A stretch of 64,000 nt of DNA. Origin: the human T2T-CHM13v2.0 reference genome, Homo sapiens. Position numbers and translations under genes: made by a program. The DNA lies in the NCBI RefSeq assembly GCF_009914755.1, contig NC_060936.1; one strand, written 5' to 3'. Each line of letters starts with the position of its first letter. The first letter of the stretch is position 1. The notes beneath the pieces are model-generated. The model ran no database searches and was not told the origin of the DNA. It saw nothing but the letters and a program-made list of their open reading frames with translations. This document shows positions 1 to 14,562 of this stretch, one piece after another.

Positions 1-44
1 TTTAAAATTCAACTAAAAAAATGATTGAACTCAGTGTAGTTTCC

Positions 45-112
45 TACAGTATTCCCCAGCATGACAGTATTCCTCACACAGTAGGTGCTCAATAAACACT
101 TGCTGAAACAAT
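45..112 (+). mobile_element. L2 LINE 3' end fragment
   Basis: cacacagtaggtgctcaataaacacttgctgaa matches the typical L2 3' terminus. Confidence 0.6.
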
Positions 113-309
113 AAATCTGACTGAGTTACATAATTTTTTAATTGGCAACTGACATGCTCTCACAAACAAATTAAAACAAGAATAAGATAAAATAATTTAT
201 AATAATAAGAATAATATATGCATATCATTTCATCTGGGCCTTTTTCATACTAGAATATTTTCCATGAGGATAAATCCTATTCCTCTTAGCTCTTAAATTG
301 TAGCTTTCA

Positions 310-477
310 AATCTACGTATATACTCTTTTATTATTAAATGTCATTTATATCAGGCTCTGTTCATGTCATGCCATAAGGAGTGCAACTCCTCCCCTCCAA
401 CTAGATGTCAGAGAAAGAAAAGAAAATATTAGCCTGAAATTTTGTTGCTTAATGTCTTTCAATGCCTCCTCAGCTGT
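310..477 (-). other. Candidate terminal exon (speculative)
   Basis: Minus-strand acceptor ttttatcttacag|ACAG at 478/477; 36 open codons to TGA (369-367); AATAAA at 333-328. Confidence 0.12.
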
Positions 478-860
478 CTGTAAGATAAAATCGAATGGCC
501 TATGCATAGCATGTATGACCTTTTGTGGTCCAAGCCTGTCTTGTCAGCCTCATCTCTTGCTACTTACCACAAAGTGCACTACACTTCAGCCACAGAAAAT
601 TACTTAAAATGCACCATGGGATTGATGAAGTTGAGCCTGTTCAACTGTTGCTCTTCCTGCCAGTATGCTGTGTTGTCTACCAACACCTGTCTCACTGGTT
701 CTTTTCATTCATTTCAGTTTCCTCCACACTGCTCAAATTAAATTCAGATAATACCTCCTCACGGTACCCTTTCTGTCTTCCAGCTGTGACTAAGATGTGT
801 GTCTTCTGTGCTCCCTCTCAATCTTATACAAATGTTACCATTATTCTTATTCATCAGTAA

Positions 861-1162
<302 letters not shown>

Positions 1163-1179
1163 GGTAATTATTTTTGAGA

Positions 1180-1400
1180 TTCAACTATGTTCAAGGCACT
1201 GTGATAGTTCCAGGGAATGCAGATGATACAGTGCCAAACAAAACAGATGCCTACATCACCAGTCTTTACAGAGAAGAGTAGTGTGTTTGCTTACCTCCTC
1301 CCACTAGACAATGAATACCTAAAAAAATGGGGCCTGCCTCTGATTTCTATGTTCCCAATCACTGGTACCTCATAGACAGGAAGTGCTCACTGATGAATAA
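1180..1400. mobile_element. Degraded L2 fragments
   Basis: tatgttcaaggcactgtg... and ...cactggtacctcatagacaggaagtgctcact resemble L2 3' ends in both orientations. Confidence 0.4.
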
Positions 1401-3602
1401 GCTTCCCTTGTCTTATATGGAGAAGTCTTGGACCGTTAATATTCAGGACTTCACAATCACAGTTGAAACATATCTTATTTTGAAAGATTACCCCAGTGGC
1501 ACGTTGGAAAACAGAATTGTATACATAGCTTATTTGCCTTCATTTCAATTACATTATTTCTGCCTATTTCAATGCTTGTTTCACATTGTGATCGAAAGTA
1601 AAATGATAAGAAATTGTTTACATTCAAACAAGTTAATATTTTGGACTACTACTTTCAATAGAAAAAAATATTATGGAATAAGGTTGATAATAATTAAAGG
1701 ATCTCAGTGGACTTTAGTGGAATATTACTGAAAGTTGAATTTCATTTTTATATATACAATATCTTGATAGAAATTGTCTCTTCTTCTATTTGACTTGTTA
1801 ACTACATGGCACAAATATATTCATGCAAAGTTCAATTTAGCTATTGTGTTTGCATAGCTGACTAATAACACATATCACTTTAAATAAATTTTCTCTCAGA
1901 AGTCTAAGCTACCAATTGAATAAAATTTGAAGCAAGTTGCATAGTTGGAATTTGCCATATGTATTCCTTATTTTCTATAAATTGGCTTAAATATTGTCAT
2001 AATTTTATGAATATTACATATCTAATGTCAACATTTCAGACACTGTAATAAGTCTTTCTTCTAACAGACTCCTCCAAATACAAAGTGTACATAGTTGTCT
2101 GAATTAATTCCTTTATGTCTTCATGAATTTCCCAGTGATCCTGAGCCCACAGCAATGAAAATTTTACTGCATACTTACTTACTAGTCCTAATCTCTCAGA
2201 GACAATGATTATGCCACTTCTAACTTCTAGATTCATGTATAATATTTGATATTGTAAATAACATCAATATTCATCCTCTGTTTTCTATTATTGCTATATA
2301 AATATATACATATATGTTTATATGTGTGTATTTCACAGATGTGTAATATCAGTGTTATTATTATCAATCTAGAATTGAAAACAGAATTTTTACAAAGCAT
2401 TCATTTTTCTGTACAAAATATTATGGAAATATATATGCTTGGATTATTTATATGTTTGCAATATTTACTTATAATAAATTCATAAGCTAAACATGAAGAA
2501 CTGCTGAGGGAGGAAGCATAGTAAAAGTGTATTTAAACAATGTTCAATGGCATTATTTATAAATGTTGTCAATCGGTTATTTTATCTAGAATGTGCAATA
2601 AAATGGGAAAATATTAAGTTAATGGATTCAATAACAAGCCCATTATTACTGAAGCTGTAGTATGACTTCTGTAGCCCTAAAGATTATAGCTGAGCAGCAG
2701 AAGGGGAAAAAAGTAGATCATCCATTACATTGAGCAGTTAATGATATTTTATTGCATTATTTATCAAATACTGTGGATGTTATTTGTAGCTGCAAGCTTG
2801 ACCTTAGCTAATCATAATTTGATGAATGTGTATATCTGAAAGGCACTATGACAAAATACTCTATTGTTTTATGAAGCAGGAACATGAGCTAGTATTATGA
2901 AATTCAGTAAGTGTGTAGTTTCAAGATATTAATGCTCAGACACTTATGCACAAGACAGAATAGATGCTTGTAATTCAGACATGGCTGCTGAAATGTCTTT
3001 CTCTTTTAATAATATAAATATTCAAGCCATCTATCTTAACTGATTCCTGCAAAGCCATTTTATAAATGCAGTAAGAAGACTATAATGATAATATATTATT
3101 AATAGAATAGAGTTCTCATTCTATCAGGAAGATGTGAAGAAAATTAGAAGCTTTTCGCAGTGTTATTTAGGAGTTTGTATTTAGTTGGATTTCAAATATA
3201 CATATTTTGGAGAGAAAATATAAAAGTGATAAACAAGTACCAACTGCATAATTTTTAACTTTATCAGTCTTCTAGGAAAGGAAATGCATTATAATTTCCA
3301 AGATGAGAACAATATTTTATTTTGTACAATTTTTTTAAGGTTGGAATGAGAAGTTAGCTCATTAGAACTTCTTTTCATATGTAAAGAAGCATTGATAACA
3401 ATGAAGAAATATTTTGAACCAATAATATAACTTGTAAAGCATTTCTTGGATATTGAATCATGCAACTTAATTTACACATAGGCCAATTAAATTTATCACA
3501 GAAGGAGATAAATAAAACTAAATAAGAACTGCCTCTAAACTAAGTAAACTAAGAGATATTCCCACTGAAGCAAACTGCCTATCAATGACACTTGATCAAT
3601 AA

Positions 3603-3959
<357 letters not shown>

Positions 3960-3983
3960 TAGTATATGTAAAGAACTTGTAAA

Positions 3984-4611
3984 TTTTATTTTATTTTTTA
4001 ACTTTTAAGTTCACTGGTGCAAGTGCAGATTTGTTAGATAGGTAAACTTGTCACAGGGGTTTGTTGTACAGATTATTTCATCACCCAGGTATTAAGCCTA
4101 GTACCCACTAGTTATTTTTCCATATCTTCTCCGTCCTCCCATTCTGCACCCTCTGGAAGGCCCCATTGTGTGTTGTTTTCCTCTACGTGTCCATGTGTTG
4201 TCATCATTTAGCTCACACTTATAAGTGAGAACATGCAGTATTTGGTTTTCTGTTCCTGTGCTGTTTGCAAAGGAAAATGGCCTCTAGCTCCATTCATGTC
4301 CCTGGAAAGGACATGATGTCATTCTTTTTTATGGCTGCATAGTATTCCATGGTCTATATGTACCACATTTTCTTTATTCATTCTAACATTGATGGGGTAT
4401 TTAGGTTGATTCCATGTTTTTGCTATTGTGAATTGTGCTCAGTGAACATATGTGTGCATGAGTCTTTATGATAAAATGATTTATATTCCTTTGGGTATGT
4501 ACCCATAATGGGATTGTTGGGTCAAATGGTATTTCTGTCTTTAGGTCTTTGAGGAATTGCCAAACTGTCTTCCACAATAACTGAACTAATTTACCCTAAC
4601 AGTGTATAACC
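3984..4611 (-). mobile_element. 5'-truncated older L1PA (3' UTR plus ORF2 end)
   Basis: Antisense L1 3' end (gattatttcatcacccaggtattaagcctagtaccca; atggctgcatagtattccatgg); perfect 14-bp TSD agaacttgtaaatt at 3972-3985 and 4612-4625. Confidence 0.93.
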
Positions 4612-4989
4612 AGAACTTGTAAATTATAAGGTGAATCTCACTGAAACTACTGGGTGTAAGTATCAAATTATTATGTTTTACAGTATGTTATATCTAATGC
4701 TGAAGGTTCTTTTCCAAATGTGGATGTCAAAATTTTACATTATTTCAAAATTATTCTATGTGATAAACTGAATTATTGTTTCATGAATGTTAAGGATTTC
4801 TTTTCTCTCTCGGGGATACAGCATATTTCACCGTAACAATGCCTTTGCATGTGGTTATGATATTTGTTTTGTCTATATGATAGAACAGAAAAGTATAGAA
4901 GTCTTAAATGTATTTGTATAATTTGATTTTGGTTATGTGCTCCTGGGATCCTTTCTTAGAGAGCATGCACTTTTTAACAACATTACATT

Positions 4990-5200
4990 CAGCCAGTTTC
5001 CAGAGTGAAACTCATGATTCAGCTGACCTTGATTCAACTGAGGATTCCAGAAACAAGCCCGGTTGACCCACAGCTTATAGGGGAAACACTAAGCTGATTC
5101 CAAAAGAGCTCAGAAGAGACACTGTTGACTCACAGCCCTGTGAGTTTTGTTGTAAGCCACAGACTTTGAGGTGGTTTGTAATACAACACTATTGTTGTAT
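4990..5200 (+). mobile_element. Old MLT1 (MaLR) LTR 3' fragment
   Basis: gttttgttgtaagccacagactttgaggtggtttgtaatacaaca resembles the MLT1 3' end. Confidence 0.5.
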
Positions 5201-6245
5201 AAATCATAAATACACATATGAGTTTCTGGAGTACTATTGTTAAGAAACTCTCTTATTTTGTTACGTACCATAGTTAAGAAACAAATTTTATTTATTATCA
5301 TATTAAATTCATATGTTTCCAGTCTAATATTTTGTATATCACTGTTGGATAGAGACTTAGTAACTGAAATCTAGTCTGGGAAAATATTTATGGAAAATAA
5401 ATAAGTCATAGCAGAAATACTTTATATGATATTTAAAATTCATTCAACATTTAAAAGAAAATAATATAATCCTGTGTACTTATCAATTCACTTTGCAAAA
5501 GACAATACATTTGAGAAGAAACTTAAAATCATACTATTCAGACATATGAATCACATTGCTGGAGAAAGAGCAAACATTCAGAATGCCAGTTTCATCCCAA
5601 AATTTGAATCACAAACAAATAAAGACTTTTGAAAAAAATCTGGTGACCAGTAGTCGCAACCTTTTCTTTATCATATTTATAATTTGATTTAAAAAAATGA
5701 ACCCCATTCTACACCTTTCAAATTTTAGTTACCAGGAACAATAATTAGTAATAGAACAAAGAACTAGAACTTCATATAAGAAACTGAGGCTCAAGATTAA
5801 TATTAGGCCACAAAATAGAGAAATTTACAAGGTGGACCAAGAGTTGACCTCAATTCTTCTAATTCTACAACCCGTATCCTACTCATGCATTAATCTCATG
5901 GAAATATTTCCTATGAATAAACATATCTGATTTCCAGAAAGGACTTAAAGGGTTACAGAATATGGGGCTACTGAGTCACTTAATTTTTTTTTCTTTCTCA
6001 TTTTGTGGGAGGAGGCATTCAAAATCTGTTTTCTCCGTAAAATCTCTTGCAATTTTGCAACTGTCAGCAAAGGTAGTCTTGAGTTTTCAAATTTTTATTT
6101 AAGAAGCTTTTGGATGATAGGAAAGGCAGTTAAAGAGTGTGAAATAACTACAGTCTAAAAACATACATGAATTCACAGAAATTTCAGTGTATGAGAGAGT
6201 ACATGTAAGCACTTTGATTTTTAGAGTAAAGGATTTTCTACTTAC

Positions 6246-6296
6246 CTGATTGGTACTGAGCTCAAAACACAGGACAGTTGTGCCAAAGGTTTGTTG
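6246..6296 (-). other. Candidate 51-nt exon (speculative)
   Basis: Consensus donor CAG|GTAAGT at 6246/6245; weak acceptor aaaacag with ctgattaac upstream; 17 open codons. Confidence 0.15.
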
Positions 6297-6521
6297 CTGT
6301 TTTAACAGTATGGGGTTAATCAGAATGTGAAAGGGCAGTGAATTCACATGTAATAATAAACAAATATACATTTAAATATACCAGCCTAATTAGAGAAGAA
6401 GAAATGCCATTGATTTCTAGATAAAATGGAGGTGTGTGTGCTTGAACTTTGCGGATAAGGTCCAGTTGTAATATTTACTGAGCAACTTGGTAACTTTATT
6501 CAATCAAAAAGTTGGCATTTA

Positions 6522-7000
<479 letters not shown>

Positions 7001-7097
7001 TGTATCTAAATGGTAATTTAATTGTTATGATTACTGGGTAAACTTTACAATGTAACAGTTGCAGTGTTTGGTACTAGAGATACCAAGATAAAAGTTA

Positions 7098-7445
<348 letters not shown>

Positions 7446-8538
7446 CCAGAAGAATTAGGTACTGTCAATGAGTAATAAGTGCTCCAAAAGCCTAAGCAGC
7501 ACGGGGTGCAATAAAACCAAAAAGAAGGATATTTAATCAAGACAAAGTGGTGAGGGATGGCTTTTAGAGTAAGTGATATTTTACCTGAGTTTTTAAGGGT
7601 GTACAGGAATTAAATCTGCAAAACGGTGTTGGGAAATCAAATTCTTCACAATCTGACGTATGCATTGCATATTCAATAAATATTTGACTGATAAATACAT
7701 AATTGCATAGATGTGTAAATATATGTTTGAATGAATTAGTTACCTGTTGATAAAATTTCTTTTGCCTATGATAATGGTTGGAAGAAATTCATCATCAATT
7801 TGTACACTATAAACAATCATATGATTATTGATCCAAATATTAACAGAATATGATACATAAATTATTGAAATGTTTACAGTTCCACTGTTATTGTGAAGTA
7901 TTTTAACCTATAATAAACTAAGAAAACAATTTGCATCTTTAAAAGATGTTAAAGTGTACATACATACAAACATGTAAATTAAAACAAAGCTTAGAAGGTC
8001 AATTATTTTTCCAGGGAAAATAATATTATCTTTCCAGGTTTTTGAAAAATTACTCTAAAAATACTTATTTAACTTTGGATTTCTTATAATTACAATTATG
8101 TAGAGTTTTCTAAATGTATTTGATATACATGAATAAATGAATGCTATTATTTACTCTTCAGAGATCTCTTTGCCCAATATGCTTTGGTGAAAAAGTACAG
8201 AAATACACACAGAAAAACTTTTCCTACAGCATTTGATTTGTATCACTTTCTTAATTACAGCATGTCTAATCCACATGATGTAAAAAAAAGATGTAAAAAA
8301 TGATTTATACACCTGAAGCTTTTTTATTTCTAGCTTGGAAGGAATACAAGGGATCATACAATCCAATATCATTATTTTAGATATAAGAAAACTGAAGTTT
8401 GGAGAGACAAAATTTTTTTTCCAATAAAACACATTTAGAAAACTGATTGAGATTAAAGCACTTTCTTCTATATTATCTTTTAAAGAGTGAATATATAAGA
8501 AACATAACAAAAATTGATAACTCAATTGTTTTTAGAGA

Positions 8539-9230
8539 TGTGGCAGACTCTGCTATTCACCTACCCAAGGCAAATCCCATCTGTTCCCTGATAAGTAAAA
8601 ATTGAATTTATTCTCTTGGCAAAATATCCAGCCTTGGAGGGTATAGTAATCACTGATTCTCAATGGGTGGCAGTGCTGCTCCCCTCCATGATGTATGGAG
8701 AATGATGTCTTTCATGGTGATTAGCCATAGGCATATTTAATGCCTAGGAATTATGAGACAGTCCTGCACTATAGAAATCGGCATCATCCAAAATGTCAAT
8801 GCTGCTAGTTGGAAACACTGGCTTCACTCATCATGCCAATCGTGTCCCTCACCTTGTCAGGATTTAGTGGAGGGATGGGAATGTTAACCAGTTCAGGCCA
8901 ATGACACATAAAATGAAGTCTGTGATAGACTCCAATGATTTTTTCTTCCTAGTATAAAGAACAATCACTTTTGCTCCTAAACACTTCATATGGTTTGTTC
9001 CCTCTTCTCCCAGAATAATAATAGCAGATGCTGAGCAGCCACCATGAGACAATGAGGCCACTAGCATAATAAGGTAACCAAAAGGATGGCAGAGAAGAGG
9101 GAAGGATTACTGAATCAACTTGGGGAATGTATGCCTTCTTAATTCTCAATTAATAAACAACATATAGCCATATGGGCTAAACGCTGTCCATCAGACTATC
9201 CGTTATTTGCTTTTCAAGACATACTAATGG
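8539..9230 (+). mobile_element. Old MLT1 (I/J/K-type) LTR interrupted by a hAT MITE
   Basis: Starts tgtggcagac; contains ccagttcaggccaatgac and gcagccaccatgagacaatgagg. Confidence 0.55.
8651..8820 (+). mobile_element. MER20-like hAT-Charlie MITE
   Basis: Begins cactgattctcaa; ends ccaaaatgtcaatgctgctagttggaaacactg, close to the MER20 ends. Confidence 0.6.
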
Positions 9231-9407
9231 ATGAAATAGATACCTTGGGTAAAATTGGTTGTTGAAAATAAGTTATGTGAATATTTTCAGGCTATTATTA
9301 AGTCATTCTAAAGTTAATGCTTGTTCTAAAGAGGCTGTATGCTCCATTGATATTAGTCCACTGAATATTATCATTGCTCTGAAATATTATTAGAAATTTG
9401 GTTTAAT

Positions 9408-9585
9408 TATATATATATACTTTTTTATATATATACTTTATATATATATTTTTTAAATATTTATATATTTATATATTTTATACATATATTTATATATATT
9501 TATATATTTATATATATTTATATATGTGTATAAAATATTTATATATTTTATATATATATACTTTATATATATATATATATATATG
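9408..9585. repeat. (TA)-rich low-complexity tract, probably an expanded Alu tail
   Basis: Interrupted TA array abutting the Alu poly-T; ttaattat flanks the tract plus Alu on both sides. Confidence 0.9.
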
Positions 9586-9587
9586 TA

Positions 9588-9863
9588 CTTTTTTTTTTTT
9601 GAGACAGAGTCTCTGTCTGTTGCAGTGGTAAGATCTCAGCTCACTGCAACCTCCGCCTCTCGGGTTAAAGCAATTCTCCTGCCTCAGCCTCCTGAGTAAC
9701 TGGGATTACAGGATCACACACCACCATGCCCAGCTAATAGTTTTAGTAGAGATGGACTCTCACCATGTTGGCCAGGCTAGTCCTGAACTCCTGACCTCAG
9801 GTGATCCACCCACCTCAGCCTCCCAAAGTGCTGGGAATACAGGTGTGAGACACCACACCCGGC
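9588..9863 (-). mobile_element. AluS with internal deletions
   Basis: Antisense Alu lacking the usual cccaggctggagt segment (reads tgttgcagtgg) and part of the linker. Confidence 0.92.
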
Positions 9864-11099
9864 TTAATTATGTTTTTTTGAGGAATATTACATGTAACTT
9901 GTATCACTATTTAAATAATATTTCAGAAGTACATTTATGAGTCCCCTTTCTCACTTTTGTTCATATCTTCTTGTTAAGAAACTATATGTCTAAGAGCTTT
10001 AGGAAAAAAAGCATAAAAAAAATGGTCTTGAATGATAAGTAGGGACATTACATAATTTAGTAAAGTAATGTAAGGTTAAAAAGATGGAACATAATAAATG
10101 ACTTTAAGGAAGCAGGCGATCTAGCTAATTCAGGTAACAAAAATTTGAGATCTCAGATCTAATCAGTTTCTTTTGCATATATTAGACAATGTTACTGAAT
10201 TTTAGAGCTGGAAGAGATCATCCTTTGCATTATACAGAGGTTCTGGCTTATTTTGAAAGAATATTTTTATTACTATAATATTATTCATGGTTTACTTATC
10301 TTACCATATTAGAGCATTCACAGGGAAAAAAGACTGTAATAGCTAAACCAATATACATTCAGGACATTTTTAAATTATGCTTTTAAAAAAGCACAGAAAA
10401 TGGAAAATACACTAAGCGCCTCAGAACTGTGTATCATCCAACAAGTAAGAGAAAAATGAGGTGAGTTATTAAAGCTTGGATTACACATTTCAAAGTTGTA
10501 TTCAAGGAAAACTCCTCCAGTAAAAATCTGTTCTTTGTTATGCACATTCAACCAATGTAAGTTTTTGATGTGTGGTACTGAGCTTTTGTATTTTAAAAGT
10601 GCAGTGGCCTTTTGAATTTACAATTCAGTGCACAGTAGCTATAATACTGTAATAAGTCCTTGATTTTCTTTCCCTTGAAATCTATAACACAGCTTTAAAG
10701 TGAGTGTCTTCTCAATACAACTTCATCTATTTTTTTGTGTGTGCTTGTTGGCAGTGATACATTGTATGGATGTAGGATGGGCTAACATATGCCTCAGAGT
10801 TTCACAAAAATAATTCAATTAGTACCAGGAGTTAACAATACATGCTGCAGAATAATAATATGTGGAAATATAACCATAATTTTACATTTTCTAAGCTGGA
10901 TATTTTTATTTAGTATAATTTCCTTTATCCTGATCTTATGTCCACGATTTAAATGTGCAGTAAATATCAATGAGTTGTGTTTTTTTCTCTTTTACTATAG
11001 AATTTTTTCTCCAGGTAATAACTATCATTCAACAACAATACTTTGGATTCTGTAAAAAATCTAAAAGTAAAATTAAGAAGTTTAAACTTTTATGTTCAA

Positions 11100-11281
11100 C
11101 TGACGGACCTCAAACCTAGATGCATTAGCCTCATTTGGAGCATATTTTAAAATATTGATACCCAGGCTCCAGTTCAAAAATTCTAAGTTATTGTGAGTTT
11201 ATTTATTCTGGAGTGAAGCATGTCTCTTAATACTTTTTAAAAGCATTCCAGGTGATTCTCATTGCCCAATGTGAGAACCTT
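11100..11281. mobile_element. MER5-type hAT MITE
   Basis: tttttaaaagcattccaggtgattctc...tgagaacc end motif. Confidence 0.55.
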
Positions 11282-11890
11282 AAAAAATATATATTTGTTT
11301 ATAATAAATACATGCTTAGAATCAAGGAATTTTTTTGCACAAAGGCGTGGAGATTATCGAGCTCTACACATCTTAAAAGATTACTATGCTCACACATCTC
11401 TAGGCAAAAAGACACTGCTGCATTTGACCCGCAGCAGGAAATTAATGCTCTTGGCAATTATCTGGATGCCCATCCATCATTTGGCTACTTATAATTATAA
11501 TGGAAAATTTTATTCATGTTTCAAGTATATTTTCTAAACAAACAAAATGAAACAAAAACACAAAGGTGGGGGAGAAGGAGTGAGATAGGATGCAGAAAAG
11601 CAGGAAGTGGCAGGTAAGATATGGGGCAGGGAGTGACAAAGATACAATGCCATTATGTATTTTACTTTTATATAATTATCACTTTAGAGTAAATAAAATT
11701 AGAAGTAATTGACTATTGACTCATTCATGAAAAAAGCACATCTGTAGCTATTATGGTAGCCATAACTGTTATAATAAAAATACTTTCAGACACTGTATCC
11801 AGGGGATTTTCCAACAATATCTTTGCCTACCTATTTTGTATCATTTCTGCTAGTCTTCCTTCTTCTTTTTTCTTAATACAAATGTTCCTC

Positions 11891-11945
11891 AGCTTTTCTA
11901 CAGAAAAGCTTTTCTACAGAAAAGCTTTTCTACAGAAGCTTTTTT
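11891..11945. repeat. 16-bp tandem repeat (agcttttctacagaaa), about 3 copies
   Basis: Read directly: two perfect copies, one lacking 2 nt, and a partial fourth. Confidence 0.95.
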
Positions 11946-12659
11946 CAATCTACGATTTGAAGATCACTTGTACCCAAACTACCAAAACCTACACATTTCA
12001 TGACCTCATTCAGACACAGTAAATATGAATTCTCAAAGATGGAGGCCTGCATTTTATTATTATATTGATTATTATGCCCATTAGTATTTGGAACATTTGC
12101 CTTTATAGCACTTGCCATATTCTATTGAAAATATTCACATTTCAGCAAAAGAATTTTATGGAGAGCAGAAAATGAGTTTTTTTCCTTATATTCCAAGCAA
12201 CCCTCATAGTATTTAGTACTTTGTACATATTAATATATATGTATGAAGTAAAAGAATGGCTCAGCCAAGCAAACATCATCATGCTCATTTAGACAGATAA
12301 CTCAATGCCTTCAAAACCTCCCAAACCCTCTTTTGAATCAACTTGATTTTTTTGCCTCCAAAACCCCGTTTTAAACCAACTTGATCTTTACTGGTTTCTC
12401 TAGGTAGGCTTTTGCCTCATATCCACACCTTTCTTAGATTTTTCTTTTTTCCTTTGGGTGTTGGATTATTGACTAAAACCTTAAAAAGCAGCCTATGAAT
12501 CAAGTCAAGCAGATCCCTATATCTAGTGTAGATATCTTATGTTTATTCACCCTACTTCTACTTTATTAGCTGTTTATCCCTGCTTTGTGTATATTAGCTC
12601 CTCATTAAATATTTTTAAAATAATATAATTTGGTTTTTATTAGAATTATATAATAATCA

Positions 12660-13015
<356 letters not shown>

Positions 13016-13796
13016 TTAGCATTATTTAGTTGGGAACAACAACAAACAGTATTCGGTGTGTATTAGTTTCCTGATGCCACTATAACAAATGACTGTGAAC
13101 TTGGTGTTTAAAACCGTATAAATTTATTTTCTGACAGTGCTGGAAGCCAGAACTTTAAAGTCAGTATCACCAAGCCAGAATGAATGTTTTAGCAGAGGCT
13201 GTAGGGAAGAATCAATTCCATGCTTCTTCCAGCTTCCTCTGGCTGTTGCTATTCCTTGATATGTAGCCACATCACTTCAATCTCTGCCTCCATGGTCACA
13301 CTGCATATAGAACCGACCTGGATAATCCAAGATAATCTGTCCATCTCAACATGCTTAATTTAATCACAAAAGTCTGTTGCAATTTAATCTGCAAAGACTG
13401 TTCCTTCATCTAAGGTAACATTTACAAATTACAGAGATAAGAACTTGATCATATACTATCATAGTATATTAACATACATGTATACATATATGGTATACAT
13501 GTATACCATATATATAAATATGGTATATATATTCTTGTCCATGGTTCCTGACTCATAAGTCCCATAGCCCTTTTAATAGTCTTTTGTTATGATGATGTTT
13601 GGGTGCTTTAGGTCTCATAAGCAGGCCTCAGGAAACAGAATCTCTCTCTCTGATCTTCTCCTGCCCGTCTTTTACTTGCTCCTTTTTCTTCCCGAGGCAG
13701 GCCTTAGAAACTAAAAATATATTCTAATCTTCCACCACCTTTCTGTCCTGGAGTTGGACATAAAAAAATTATCTCACCTACTTTGTTTGATTGTAG

Positions 13797-14562
<766 letters not shown>

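Noticed and set aside
471-488. E-box/GATA composite cagctg-N6-agataa
   Set aside because: Spacing is shorter than the canonical TAL1-GATA arrangement and chance occurrence is likely
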